DNA of 62,847 bases, the filler included, from Reclinomonas americana ATCC 50394 (lineage: Eukaryota): assembly GCA_048213135.1 (NCBI GenBank). It is 14 parts of 14 records of this genome, joined end to end, with 100 filler letters (N's around TTAATTAATTAA, not from the genome) between each part and the next. Parts side by side here need not be neighbours in the genome. Positions count along the whole stretch, not along the records: positions 1 to 4,725 come from AFZH01020658.1; positions 4,826 to 12,566 come from AFZH01020659.1; positions 12,667 to 16,211 come from AFZH01020660.1; 11 more parts are not named here. One strand, 5' to 3'. The position numbers and the translations under genes were made by a program. The notes under the pieces are model-generated. The model saw nothing but the letters and a program-made list of their open reading frames with translations, had not been told where the DNA came from and ran no database searches. This document shows positions 1 to 12,853 of this stretch, piece after piece. Each line of letters begins with the position of its first letter. Position 1 is the first letter of the stretch.

Positions 1-639
1 TCTGCTGCCACACTCCTGTGCGTGTGCATGTGCGTGCGCGTCTCTCTGTGAGGTGCACGTCTTGTGTAATTGTGTCGAGTGCAACTGCCTCGCGTGCATG
101 CACAGTTCAAACACATCATTCCTCTCTCCTATCCCCCTGTTCCTGCTTCGCCACTCTATCCACTGCCTCTGCGCCCTCCATCTCTCCACTGCGCAACGAC
201 GTTGGGCAGTGTCGCCGCGCAATGTGCACTCGGAAGGGGCGCACGAGTTCGCTTTGGGCAAATTCATCCGAGGCTAATTTCTCTCTCTGTGCTGCAGGCG
301 ACGTTTTCGAGCAAGACAACCATCGCTTTCAAGGATTCCACCGCCATCAACGAGAGCGAGCGCCACGTGACTGCGGACAGCATGGTTAGCGAGAAGGCCA
401 GGTGAGAGAAAGAGAGACCACAAACGTGGTTCCTGCTTGCACATCTCTCATAAGCATGCCTTCCGTCCTCACACTTCTCCCCTTTCCTCGCTTTCAGATT
501 AGACTCTCCCTCATACAGATACGCAGACTCCCGTCTTTCAACCTCGCCCACTCGCCGACACAACGCAACTCGCCTCTGCCTTCCAACCTCCTCATTCACT
601 CACTTCCCCATCGCAATATTCTCCGTGCCTCTTGACCTC

Positions 640-785
640 GACTGGAAGGCCACACTGATCGGGAGATTCAAGTGGCAGTGAAACCCGATGGCCAGCACAT
701 TATGAGTGACAGGTGGGTCAGAACTCGGCGGAGGAGATGTGCCGACTGGAAGGTCACTCGAAGGTGTTGCGTGCAGTGGGCGCGC
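640..785 (+). pseudogene. Degenerate WD40-like fragment
   Basis: RLEGHTDREIQVAVKPDGQHIMS, then EEMCRLEGHSKVLRAV in another frame. These resemble two WD40 repeat starts, but I could not build a clean gene model. Confidence 0.35.
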
Positions 786-943
786 ACTCTTTCTCTCTCT
801 CCCCCCCCTCCTCTCTCTCTCTCACACACACACACTCACTCTGTCATGTACCACTAAGTCCAGGCAGAGAGCGACACCAAACAGAGTGCGTGGTGCAGCA
901 ATTGCAAGCAGCAACACACACTGACACAGCGACATGCGTACGC

Positions 944-1045
944 AATGACAACCCAAGCACAGTCACCAGCAGCGAGAAATCCAACCATGGAATGACAACC
1001 CAAGCACAGTCACCAGCAGCGAGAAATCCAACCATGGAACGACAA
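944..1045. repeat. 47-bp tandem duplication
   Basis: aatgacaacccaagcacagtcaccagcagcgagaaatccaaccatgg at 944-990 and 991-1037, plus the start of a third copy. Confidence 0.9.
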
Positions 1046-1103
1046 ACGCACACGGCAGTGAGGAATGCTCCAAGTATGGTCGGCACTGATGCGTGGGACG
1101 ACT

Positions 1104-1150
<47 letters not shown>

Positions 1151-1463
1151 GGACTGCTGGGGAGCCTTCTAGTGTACAATAGATATAATAGCAGCTAGCG
1201 CTTGCTAATTATGATAACGATTAACTGAGTGAATCAGCCGGGTTTTTGTAAATAACATCCCTGTCAGAGCGTGCGTCATGGAAGCCTCATGTTGTTTCCT
1301 TATATAATCTTGCATCCATATCAGTTCATTGCTTGTCTTCATCTCACTTCTGTCGCCTCCGTTGTTCATCCTTATCGTCCTCGGCCGCTCCTCTCGCCCC
1401 TGCCATCTCCCTCATGATCAAGCTTTGCCGACGACAACCACATAGTCGCATATATACGCACTC

Positions 1464-4445
1464 CTATCCATAGTCATCTTCGAACTCTTCAAGTGACACG
1501 ATCGAGAAGGCTTGGCAGCAACGATCGATACATTCCTCAGTTCAGCTGGTCTCCTACACGACAACACTTGTGTGAAATCCATCAAGGGCCCGCTGCCGCC
1601 TCTGTAGCCTCTCCTGTTCCTGCCGCTGCTGCTGCTGTTCGGCAGCCACGACTTGATCCTTTTGTGGCTCATCTGCAGCTGACGGCTGCTCACGCCGCGT
1701 TGATTCGAGCGTTTTCTGCTGCTCCTGCTGTTGCTGACCCCTTTTCTGTCGCTGCCACGATCTCCACTTGCACAGCAACCACGTCGCCACTTGCACTGTT
1801 ATCAGCCACAGCGGCTCGAGCAGCAACACGTGAAGCACGTCGCCCAGTAGAGACGATGTAGTCTGCAAAGATGCGAGTCAGCAATGAACTACTCAGCTGA
1901 CCAATGGCTCTCTAGAACACTAACTCACCACCGCCATGTCTTCTTCCTGGCTGCGGAATTTCGTGACAGTCGCTACAGTGGCAACCGACATGGCCACAGC
2001 CAAAATCATGCACATGACTCGACCGGCGACCTTGAACGCGAACGGCAAGTTTCGCCGCAGCGCACGGCGCCACAGTTGACCAATGGACGACTGCGTTGAG
2101 TTGCTGGTGTCCACCAGTGCAGAAATCTCCTTGCCGTATGCTGCGCCGTGCGGCAACAACAGTGTGCTCTCGGTGGTGCCACCTCGTCTTTCCACTGACA
2201 CAGCTGCCGCTGCATTGGCGTCGGTCAGAGTCGGGTCAGTTTCGACTGGTTTGGCGCAGTTCACGAAGAGCACGCGATCGAGCACGACCAGCGATGGCGA
2301 CGTCTGCATGCTGAGTACCGGCTGTGGCACATGTAAATGCACAATCGACAACGAGTATTTACAGTTAGCGACCACAGGCACTGGCTTCGAAAGCGATACT
2401 GTGGCCACTGGACTCGCGCACGCAACTGCAGCATATGCCGAGACATCCTGCTCGGCGCGCACAACATGCATTCCGATGCCGAATCCCAGGACAGTGTCAT
2501 GGCCGAGCGCGACGCGTTGCAAATGTACTTCGTTGACAGGCTTGTACGCGTGAGCGGCGGGCTGCAGCATGACCCGGTCAGTCAAGGTCACGACACGGCC
2601 CGCGATACTCTTCCTCTATCATGCTTTCTCTCACTGACGATCAGTTCCCACAGCAACCCATATTGCCTTTGCTTGTCGCTAAATTCTTCCAACTCAACGC
2701 CTTCACATCCGACTCTCATGCCTAACTTCTTCTCCCTGGCGAAGCAAGTACCTCTCCACTTCTAATCTCTCACCAATCCTTGCTTAGCGCTCATTTCTTC
2801 CCGTATCGTTGTCTCCTGTTCTCACATACACTTGTCCCCCAGCTAGCATCTTCTCCTATCACACTACTTTTTACTCCTTGTATCCAATCTTCTCTTCATC
2901 ATGCCGCGCCGTCACTCAAAACTGCTCCTTCACATCTATCTATTGCGCTCTTCGCAATACTACGTTAAGTACATTCCTCTGCATAATGTCGCACATTGCA
3001 CACTCATTCATAAATCCAGCGCAGGCCCACTGATAATTCCTTCAACCCTCTTTCTGCTTCTAACAAGTCCTCTTCAGTGACTTCTCCCTCGCGTTCTTTG
3101 TGCCTCGAGCCCTCTGCACCTTACATACTGCGCCGCCATTTCGTGTGCATGATCTAATAATCTGCATTTGCTCCGCACACGTGTCTTCTTTTCCACTATC
3201 TCTCCCTTCCTCTCCCTCTCTTCCCTCACTTCTTGCCTTTGTCGACTTACCAGAACTTCAACGTCGACCTCTGCCTCACCCCAGGCATGGGCTTCTCGTG
3301 GTCCCGTCTCGGCCGCCATGCTGTTAAACTCAAAGGATTCTGCACTGGAGCCACGGTCGAGGGCCATAATGTCGCTCACACGCGCCGGCCGGCCGAGATC
3401 ATCCCCCGATTGCTGTGACTCGCGCCCGGCACCGGACATGGCCACGTCGTTCTCACTTCCGTAGCGGGCTAAGCCCACACCGTCGACTGACACAAGCAGT
3501 CGCACGGCAACGCGCTCATTCGGCAGTAACGTTGTCGAGCCACGTACTTGTAGCACAGCTTGCCACTCTTCGCACGAAACCAACAACAGCGCTCCGGACC
3601 GAGTGCGACAGCCGGCAGGAATCGACAAAGGTGGATACACGCCCGGCCGGAGGAATACCACACTTGGCATTTCGTGATGATGCTGATCGAATAGGCGCTG
3701 GAGCTCCGCCGGATTCACAAACTTGAAGTCGTCTGAGTGCTTCAGGTGCAGCAACTCCACATCGCTCAGTCGCCGAGCTGAGAACAGCTGCTGGATGCGG
3801 GCCAGCATGTCTGCAAACCAACAATCAGTTCCACTCCTCATGCCAGTGCGACGCTTGCAACTGCCGATGGTAACATTCAAGGCACTCACCGGGAGATTTT
3901 TGCACCGCATCGTTCCACCATTCCACATTTGCATGATGACGCATACGTCGAGAAGTGAATGTGCACACTAGCGCAAAGAAATTATCGCGAACGACGTCAA
4001 ACGATGCCAGCCTCTCCATCCGACCATGGCATTGGGTCTGAGCGAGCGACTGAGAGTAAGCTAACAAGCGCCAGAGTGCAACAGACGTGGCAGTGATACT
4101 GCGGACTCACAATCCAGGCTCGAGCGAACAGGAGGAAGCCGCCAAGTACTCGACCCCGCACAGCCTCGTGTAACGCCAGCTGGAGCCATGTACAAACATC
4201 AGCTCGGCAAGGTTGCGGAGGCACATCGTGCTGCGCAAACACGAAGTCAGACATAAAAGTGTAGTGCACACAATTACGTTCGTGTCAAACGCAACATAGC
4301 CATCATCAGCAAGTGGGTTGTACCACGAAAATACAGACACAAGAGGTTGCCGGGGTGCGGCTGCGCCTCCCTGCACATTCGAAACAACACTGAAACCTGT
4401 GGTCCGGTTTCGCACTGTGTAGAGCCATCCACGTCGCTCACGCAT

Positions 4446-4522
<77 letters not shown>

Positions 4523-4553
4523 TACATATATACATACATACATACATACATAT

Positions 4554-4608
<55 letters not shown>

Positions 4609-4871
4609 GAGGAGAGAGAGAGTAGTAGTGTAGTATAGTACGAGACGACGGTACGTACGTTAGTCGACGACGTCGGTACGGACGGTACGTACGTAACGTA
4701 CGTAACCTAACCCTACCCCGTACCCNNNNNNNNNNNNNNNNNNNNNNNNNNNNNNNNNNNNNNNNNNNNTTAATTAATTAANNNNNNNNNNNNNNNNNNN
4801 NNNNNNNNNNNNNNNNNNNNNNNNNACGACGACGACGACGACGAGTACGTAGTACGTACGGACGAACGACG

Positions 4872-4920
<49 letters not shown>

Positions 4921-7900
4921 AGAGAGATAGTGGTTGGTGATTTCACAGAAGCCGGATATTGCAGCTGCGAGGCTGAGAGTAATCACTCACCCCGCCGCCG
5001 TCACTTCCAGCAGGAGATGGCATTGGTTCATCAACGACTCGTGACGCAGGAGCTTGATTATCAATGGCCAAGGCCTTCGTTTGCGTCAGCAGCACCGATT
5101 CTACACAGGGGTGAGACCATGCGCTGTCATCACGGCTGATTCCACGTCGGGGAGAACGCAACCAAAGTGTTCTGCATCCAGCGCAGCCGAGCCCGATCGA
5201 CGCGGCGTCAGATGGAAGATGCCACCCATGATGATAATTAATGGGAAGGCAACAACAGCACCTGAACAGTGCCGGCGTTTGTCAGGTGATATGCTTGCAT
5301 TAGATTCGTGGCGACGAGCAACGTACCGATAATGGCCACATTGAGAACTTGAATAAGCGTCAACAGCATGCTGCTTGCTGAAGAAGTCGCCACAGCTGCG
5401 TTCACGCAGCACGCACAAACCACATATACCCAGAGCAACTGCGCACGACGCAAGGTGAATTTGCAAACAACACCCACTAGACACCATTACGCGCCCGAGT
5501 TCGGACTTACCAACACCTTGTCTATCCGACGCACGCGTGATGAACGTCCACGCTCAACGGCCGCAGAAACCCACAGATGATCCCGCCACATGGACAACAG
5601 CCATTCTACAACTCGCTCACGCAATGATCGTGTGCGACGAATAGCAATGATCAACCGAACCAACGCCTGGAAGCGGCGGAGAGCAGCTCCAGGGCGGTGC
5701 TGGTTCTCACTATCCGCAACAGGAATCTCTCCTGCTTTCCGTGTCGACGCTGAAGCAGGTGTTGTGGCTAGGGAAGCCAAGGGAATTACATCGTGCCAGC
5801 GCCCAGAGCCTCTGCTCCAACCAGAGTTTGACGCGGCGCCCGGACTCAAAGCACGTTCGGACAGCTGAACGGGCTGATTCCTCTGCAAAGAAAGTGTGAG
5901 AAACAATGAACAGCATGTCACCAACTAACTCTGCCGTACCGCTGACAGTATCTCGTGTCCAAGTGATAGAGAGCGACGGCGCCGACCAAATGCGAATCTC
6001 TCCCGTCGTCGATGCAGAGGCACAGAAGATGCATCTGGCACGGCTGGCACACTGGGCGGAGGCGGCGGGTCCACAGCGACGAGAGCATTCGGCACCGTGG
6101 ACGAATGTGCAGACGCTGCAACATCGACGGCGTCACGATCGACGACGTCGGCATTGGCTCCATTCCGAATATTGCCGCCGAGACTAGGAGGCGTTAGTGG
6201 ATATTCAGGCGGATGAACTACGTTTGGACGAGGTCGACGAGTCCTCCGCTGGCCATCAAAGCGGAGAACAGAATTATCGACGCTTTCCACCGTCTGGCCG
6301 GGGAGGAACAGCGGTCCCTCTTCGTACGTAGTATCACCGGTGGCTGAGACGGGCTCGTCATTCGCAGGCTATTCAATAAATAGAACATTAGAGTCACAAA
6401 TGCGATAGTTCACCGCATGGCAGGCAGAAATGCACTTACCTCCTCAATCGCGCGAGCAAGTGGCGGTAGGTACAAGCGCCGCGATGGCCGACCAGTGGGC
6501 TTGCTCGGCAACACCGACTCGTACGCCTCTTCTGCTTGTACAGTGGACGCAACACCAGGCTGACCGCGCAGAGCGCGCACTACCTCCAGTCCTCTCTTCA
6601 CATGCAGCCAACCTCGCTTGTGCCGAAGTGCTCGCTCTTCCAGTTTCGGACTACACGCATCTGGCGCTCCCACTTGCGGACCCTTCATGAGTTCCGCAGC
6701 AGCAACTTGCTGTGCCGTCACGTCGGCCAGGTGGAGAATGTTGGTCAGACGTGTCTGCTGCAACAATCGTTGCTGTGCATACAGAACAAGCATTCCAGTC
6801 AGCCTCTGAAAATCGGTTCTCGTTCTCAACATATCCTCTACACACCTCAGCGTCGGTGACGCGATCGAGCCTCCATACGACGATGCACGCGGCCATGGCA
6901 AGCACAAAGTACGTACTCAACAGCATGAACGTCGGACTGAGGAACAAGCTAAGCCGACTGCCTACGCCAATAAATGTAGAGCCACCGGCAAAAAAGGTGA
7001 AGCCCGGCACAATCGACAAGTCCAGTGTCTGTGCGCACAAGGAGACTGTGAGCCATGTGGTGTGCGTGAAGGGCCGTCTCACAACGGTGGAGACGAACAA
7101 AATCAGTGAGATGAGTGGTGGCACAGTACACGCCAGACACCTGTATCGACAAGCAGTACACATGGGTGAGTTGGGAATAGCACCGGACTTGCACACATGC
7201 AATCATCGACGAACATGCGGCTTCTCTCCACGAGCAATCGGATCCACCAGCAAGTACGTGCTCAACCCGCTGGCGCTCACTCGATTTCCAGTTTTGCACA
7301 CGTCGCGCGCAACGCACAGCGGAATCCAAGTATTCGGCACTTCCAGTACTGTCGGTGACTGGGTGGTTACATTGAAAACGTACTCGCTCGCAACTGTGTG
7401 CACGATGTACGTCAGAGATATGGTGCAACACCACGCATAACCGATTGTGTGCACCTGACTGCGAACAGTTCTGCATCATGCACATGGCGATGTTGGAGAG
7501 TGTCGAATTGTACTTGCGCACGGTGGTTTGCCACTCAGGAACAATCAGAACCATCGGTTCCGGTTCATCCTGTACTCCCACTGCCGCACGGTAACTCTAC
7601 ATCGAGGAAATATAGACGCTCAGAGCTGAGAACAAACAAGAACGACAGTGCACATGCTGAGGATACTACCTGGATGCTAAAAGAATACACCTTGACCGGC
7701 GCCGATTGCTTGCCGTAATCATTGGTGGCGTTGATAATGGGCGCGCCCTTGAAACCCACCTATTCGTCCAGGGACATACTCTGGTGTCAAAACACAGCAT
7801 CGTCAAGGTATGAGACAACCATTCGACGGCGTACCTCCACGAGCGCGTAAAACAGGTCCTCCGAACCTGCAAAGCAAATATGTTGAGAACACAAAAACCA

Positions 7901-10900
7901 TCGCTGTCGCGTTGTCGACATTCTTCTCAACACAACATACCAGCATAACGCTTGGTGATGCCGTGTGGCAACATAACAAGCGGCGTGCTCAGTTCACTCG
8001 TGCTGTTCAAGTACGCCAACGACTCCACGGTCACTGCAACATGTGCCATCATGAGGCTGACGCAAGAGTGCACCCATGAGGGACACAAAGTCAGCAAGAC
8101 CGGCTCTCACCAGAGTACACTCCGCTCGTCGTCGAGGTCACTGCCGGATCAAGCTTCTGAGCACGCAAGGTGAATGACGGTGTATCGACTTCGACCGCGC
8201 CTTGCTTGCCCGTCTGCGCTCAGCCAACCCAATCATGGAGAGTCAGTGGCAGAATGACTCCTTGGCACACTGCATTCGCAACACACACCATGCTTGCTAC
8301 GGTACGATGAGCAATAGCGTTGATCACCGGCTCCAGCGTACACTGAATGGCAGCCATGTCCTCCACATCTGCCGACGGAAGCGCAAGCATGCCGGATACG
8401 GCTTCGGCGAACGACTGCAGAGGACAACCGCAGGAATTCTCAGCTATTGAAGTAAGTGGGGGTCAATCGTGCTCAACAACAAATGACCACAGAACTGTCA
8501 AGGCGCTAGCCGAAGTGTAGGTGGCCAAATTCTGCGCTACATTCTGCGCAGCCGCCGCTAGCGCTTGTCGCGAAGATTTCGTCTCTTCCACAGGCAGTGC
8601 AGAAGTCGCCTGCATGTATCGACACAGCCATGTGAGCAGCTGAAGCACAATCACTGACTGAAGAGGCAGCGAGGCGGCTCACGTTTGTGATGGAACTCAT
8701 CACGTTGGCAAATAACTGCACCCCGAGGCCCGAGTCGCCAATCTTGGTGCTTGCCAACTGGACGACCTCAGTCATTCGTTCGAGCGTGGACAGAGTGACA
8801 GCTAGCCACGCGCAAGTAAGTCCGCGGAGTGAATACCACTCCTGATAATTCATCCACAGCTGACGCAACATGAGGTAGACGAGCTGCTACTCGTCGAGTT
8901 GGAGAACGACGAAGAGGACTGCTGCGTCAAGATCGACACCGATGTGCTGACCGTGCTCAGTGCCGCCAGTGCACCACCTGACGTCTGCACAGGCATCAAC
9001 CACGAACGCAGAAAGATTGTGAATTTCACAGCGGACTGTGCGCGAGACTCTTTCTGCCGTTGATACGCGGCAAACGTACCGTGACGTTAGCTGAGGTTAC
9101 TGATGACAAAAGTGACGTGACAGTGGCTTGCGCCTGCATGGCGTCGGCGAACGCCTTGTGCGATAATTGCACTACAGTTGCAACCGACGTCCTTTGCACA
9201 GTCACAGTCCCGTATTAGTTAGAACATTAACAACGCCCGTTCGCATGCAGGCGACAAACACACACCTTGCACCCTCCGAATCTGTGGCAGTCACACCGAC
9301 GACGACAGCCTCTTGACCCACTGATCCCAAGAACTGAAGCAGGACGTTACTAACCGACGACGACGTGCCCGACGACAAGGCCAGCTGCAACACAACGGGT
9401 TGAGATGCACAGCAAGTCCTTATATTCCAGCAAACACACTTGCAGCCGCAACTGTTTGATTCGACGCTGAGTCCGTCAGGTAGAACGTGTAGGTGAGTGG
9501 TGCCGTGGAATCGGGGTCAACAAAGCCAGAAGCGCGGATCTCGAACATGGTCTCCAACTCAACACCCGACGTCGGTGTGCACATGATGGTACCGGCCACT
9601 GGCGGTGAATTCACCTCGACAACACCACGCGCCAGACCTGACAGCGCGTGCGGTGTAAGGACGGGCAGGCAACATACAGCTGCCATAAATAAACAAACCG
9701 AAACCCCAAGTCGGGTGCGAGACCCACACTTCGATCTGGTATGCGAAGCCCGGCTGGAATGAGTTGCTCGGAATCGACATGAAGCCAGTGGCTCCTGAAG
9801 ACCACGCAATCGCTGGAACAGAAACCGTTGGAGATCCTTGCCTGGAGATTCTACGACTGTGAGGGTTGATGCGAAGCAGACACACCATGGACACAGACGC
9901 ACCTATGTGTGTATAGCCCCCAGGCATACGATAGCACAGCCACGTCCGACGGAAGCATGCCTCTGGCCACAACATCCACCGTGAGTGGCATGGAGAGATC
10001 GAATTTGCTGGTGAGACTCCCCTGCACACACGTTGTTGTGATTAGTGAGCATTCCTGTGCATACCAACGCAGTCGGTAACCAACAAACGACAGCTAATGA
10101 CGCACTCGTACAAAGGCAAGACCGGTGCCGATGGTGACCGTCTGATTGCCGAATTCTGCAGAAGACTTAATAAGTCCGCGACTAACAGCACGGATGATGA
10201 CAGCAACCACACCTTGGAAAACAAACAGCGTCTGTACAAACTCGCCACCGAGACTGTCTCTCGCACGGATCCTAACTTCGTGCCCGCTTCCGGCCAAGTC
10301 GTCGGCATTGACGACCAAGCTGCTCTCGGTGACGTTAAACATGGTACCGGAGGCTCCACCCACCACCGCAAGAGTGTGCGACTGGCAGCAGTTGGCGTCG
10401 GTCACCGTTAGCGTCCCAATGACAGTGCCTCGGCGAGCGACCGGCGTTGCGTTGTTGACAGGCGGCAGCACGGCAAACGTGTTCTTGGATAGCGCAATGG
10501 CGGATGGAACGACATTGGCTGTGTCGAAGCGACATGACAGCGGGTAAGGTCGCGTGCACAGTGCAAACAAGCAAGGGTAATATGTGCTTCTGACCTTCTG
10601 TGACAACAAAACTCTTCGAAAACGACAGCCCACGCGCATCCGTCACCGTCAAAGTTAAACGCAGATTCAGGCCCTGTGTGGCAGAGCGGACAACCAAATC
10701 GTTGCCAATCAGCGCGAACAAGCCGCCATCGGCACCGCTGCCAATCGCGAACGCTGCGCTTTCGTTGCTGTTTGGATCCGTGTACGATAACTGGCCGACC
10801 ACATTGTTGGCGATGCCTGAGAGAGGCACATACAACAGATTGGACAAGGCGATGTCCATTGGCGCAAAATTCGCTGCGCGCACACACACAAAAGCGCTCG

Positions 10901-12388
10901 TAAGATCAAAGCAGCCAGATAGCAGACGTCTCACAACTTCCGCCTCACCCTCCATGATCATAAAATTTGCAACGACAGACAGGCCTCCCGCATCGGTTGC
11001 TCTGACGTTCACACGCAAGTTCGAGCCGCGAGTGCCAACCCCGGCGATTCGCAGCATGTTGCCGAGCACATCAAACAGTGCAGCATCTGCGCCGCCAACA
11101 ATCGCATACGTGTGTGTGTCACCCACATTCGGATCGATGGCCCGCAGCATTCCCACCGGCTGGAAAGCAATAGCCGTCGGGAACACATACTCATCGCTCG
11201 AAACCGTGACACTTGTCGGTGCGACGTTGACTACACCAAATACAATTAGATGCATATCAACCAAAAATATGTAAAGCGGATGTCGCAACGTACCGTGCAC
11301 GACAACAAGCGTTGCGTCAAATGTCAGACCAGCAGAGTCCGTGACCCGAACAGTGATTGAAATATTCGTCCCTGTCTGCCCGCTGTTTGTGATCCGCAGT
11401 TGGTTGCCGCTAACGTTGAACACCAACACCGCTGCGGCGTTCACGATCGAATACGTGTGTGTGTCACCGACGTTGCCATCCACAGCTGACAGCGTGCCCA
11501 CAACTACATGCGCAGCCGCCGTCGGTGGTGCGTAGGTGTTGGAAGACAGCGATACGGCAGAGGGTGCTACCGGAACTGCCAAGGGCCAACAGATTCATGA
11601 GCGATATTGCAGCTGCACCCCGTGTCCGCACAATGGATACGTACCATGATTGATCGTCAGTTGCTTTGTGAACGACAGGCCAGCGGCATCGACTACGCGG
11701 ATTCGTACAAGAAGATTCGTACCCGTCTGTCCAGCTGCCGTCATTCTCAGCAATGCTCCACTGACATTGAACAGCGCCGCATTGGCACCACCGTTCACGG
11801 TAAACGTGAACGTGTCCGTCACGTTGGCATCCACCGCACTCAACGTCCCGATGACGACATTTGCCACCGCTGTCGGCGGCGAGTATGTCGTCGCAGATAT
11901 GCGGATGTCCGTCGGCGCCACATTCACTAACCAAAAACAACCTTAGCAATCATATAGCAGGGCAATCATAACAAAAGAACACACACCGTCAGTGATTGTG
12001 AACAATTTGTCGAACCAAAGTCCGCCAGAATCCGTGACACGAATCTGTACGGCCAGATTGGTGCCCGTCTGATTCACGTTGACGATACGCAGATTGGTCC
12101 CTGCCACCGAGAACAATGCAGCGTTGGCGCCGCCGTTGACACTATACACCGCCGTGTCGCCCACATTCGGGTCGGTGCAGCTCAGCACGCCGACCACCGT
12201 GTTCGCCATGGAGGTCGGCGGCACATACGTTGAAGCCGACAATGCAATGTCCGTTGGAGCCGCGTTCGCTGCGCAAGGCCGTGTTTCGTGATGAGACAAG
12301 CAGAGGTATGTGCATACAATCATCTTGGAATCGTCCCCTTCCAAGCTAATTCTGCTTTCCGATCCCCACGCGCAGAGTAATCTCTCGC

Positions 12389-12472
<84 letters not shown>

Positions 12473-12769
12473 CGACGTAACGTAACGTACGTACGTACCG
12501 GTTCGTTACGTTACGTACCGTTAACCCGTTACCCGTCCCCCGTACCCGTACCGTACCGTTAACCGTNNNNNNNNNNNNNNNNNNNNNNNNNNNNNNNNNN
12601 NNNNNNNNNNTTAATTAATTAANNNNNNNNNNNNNNNNNNNNNNNNNNNNNNNNNNNNNNNNNNNNTACTAACTAACTACTACTACGTACGTACCGTTCC
12701 CTTACCCTACCGTACTAACTTACTACGTTCCGTTACGTACCTACCCTACCGACCGCGACGAGTACTACT

Positions 12770-12853
<84 letters not shown>

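Noticed and set aside
4704..4725. Telomere-like cctaaccctacccc
   Set aside because: Too short and embedded in contig-end noise.
4770..4781. Recurring TTAATTAATTAA palindrome
   Set aside because: Identical artificial six-frame-stop spacer in the centre of every N gap.
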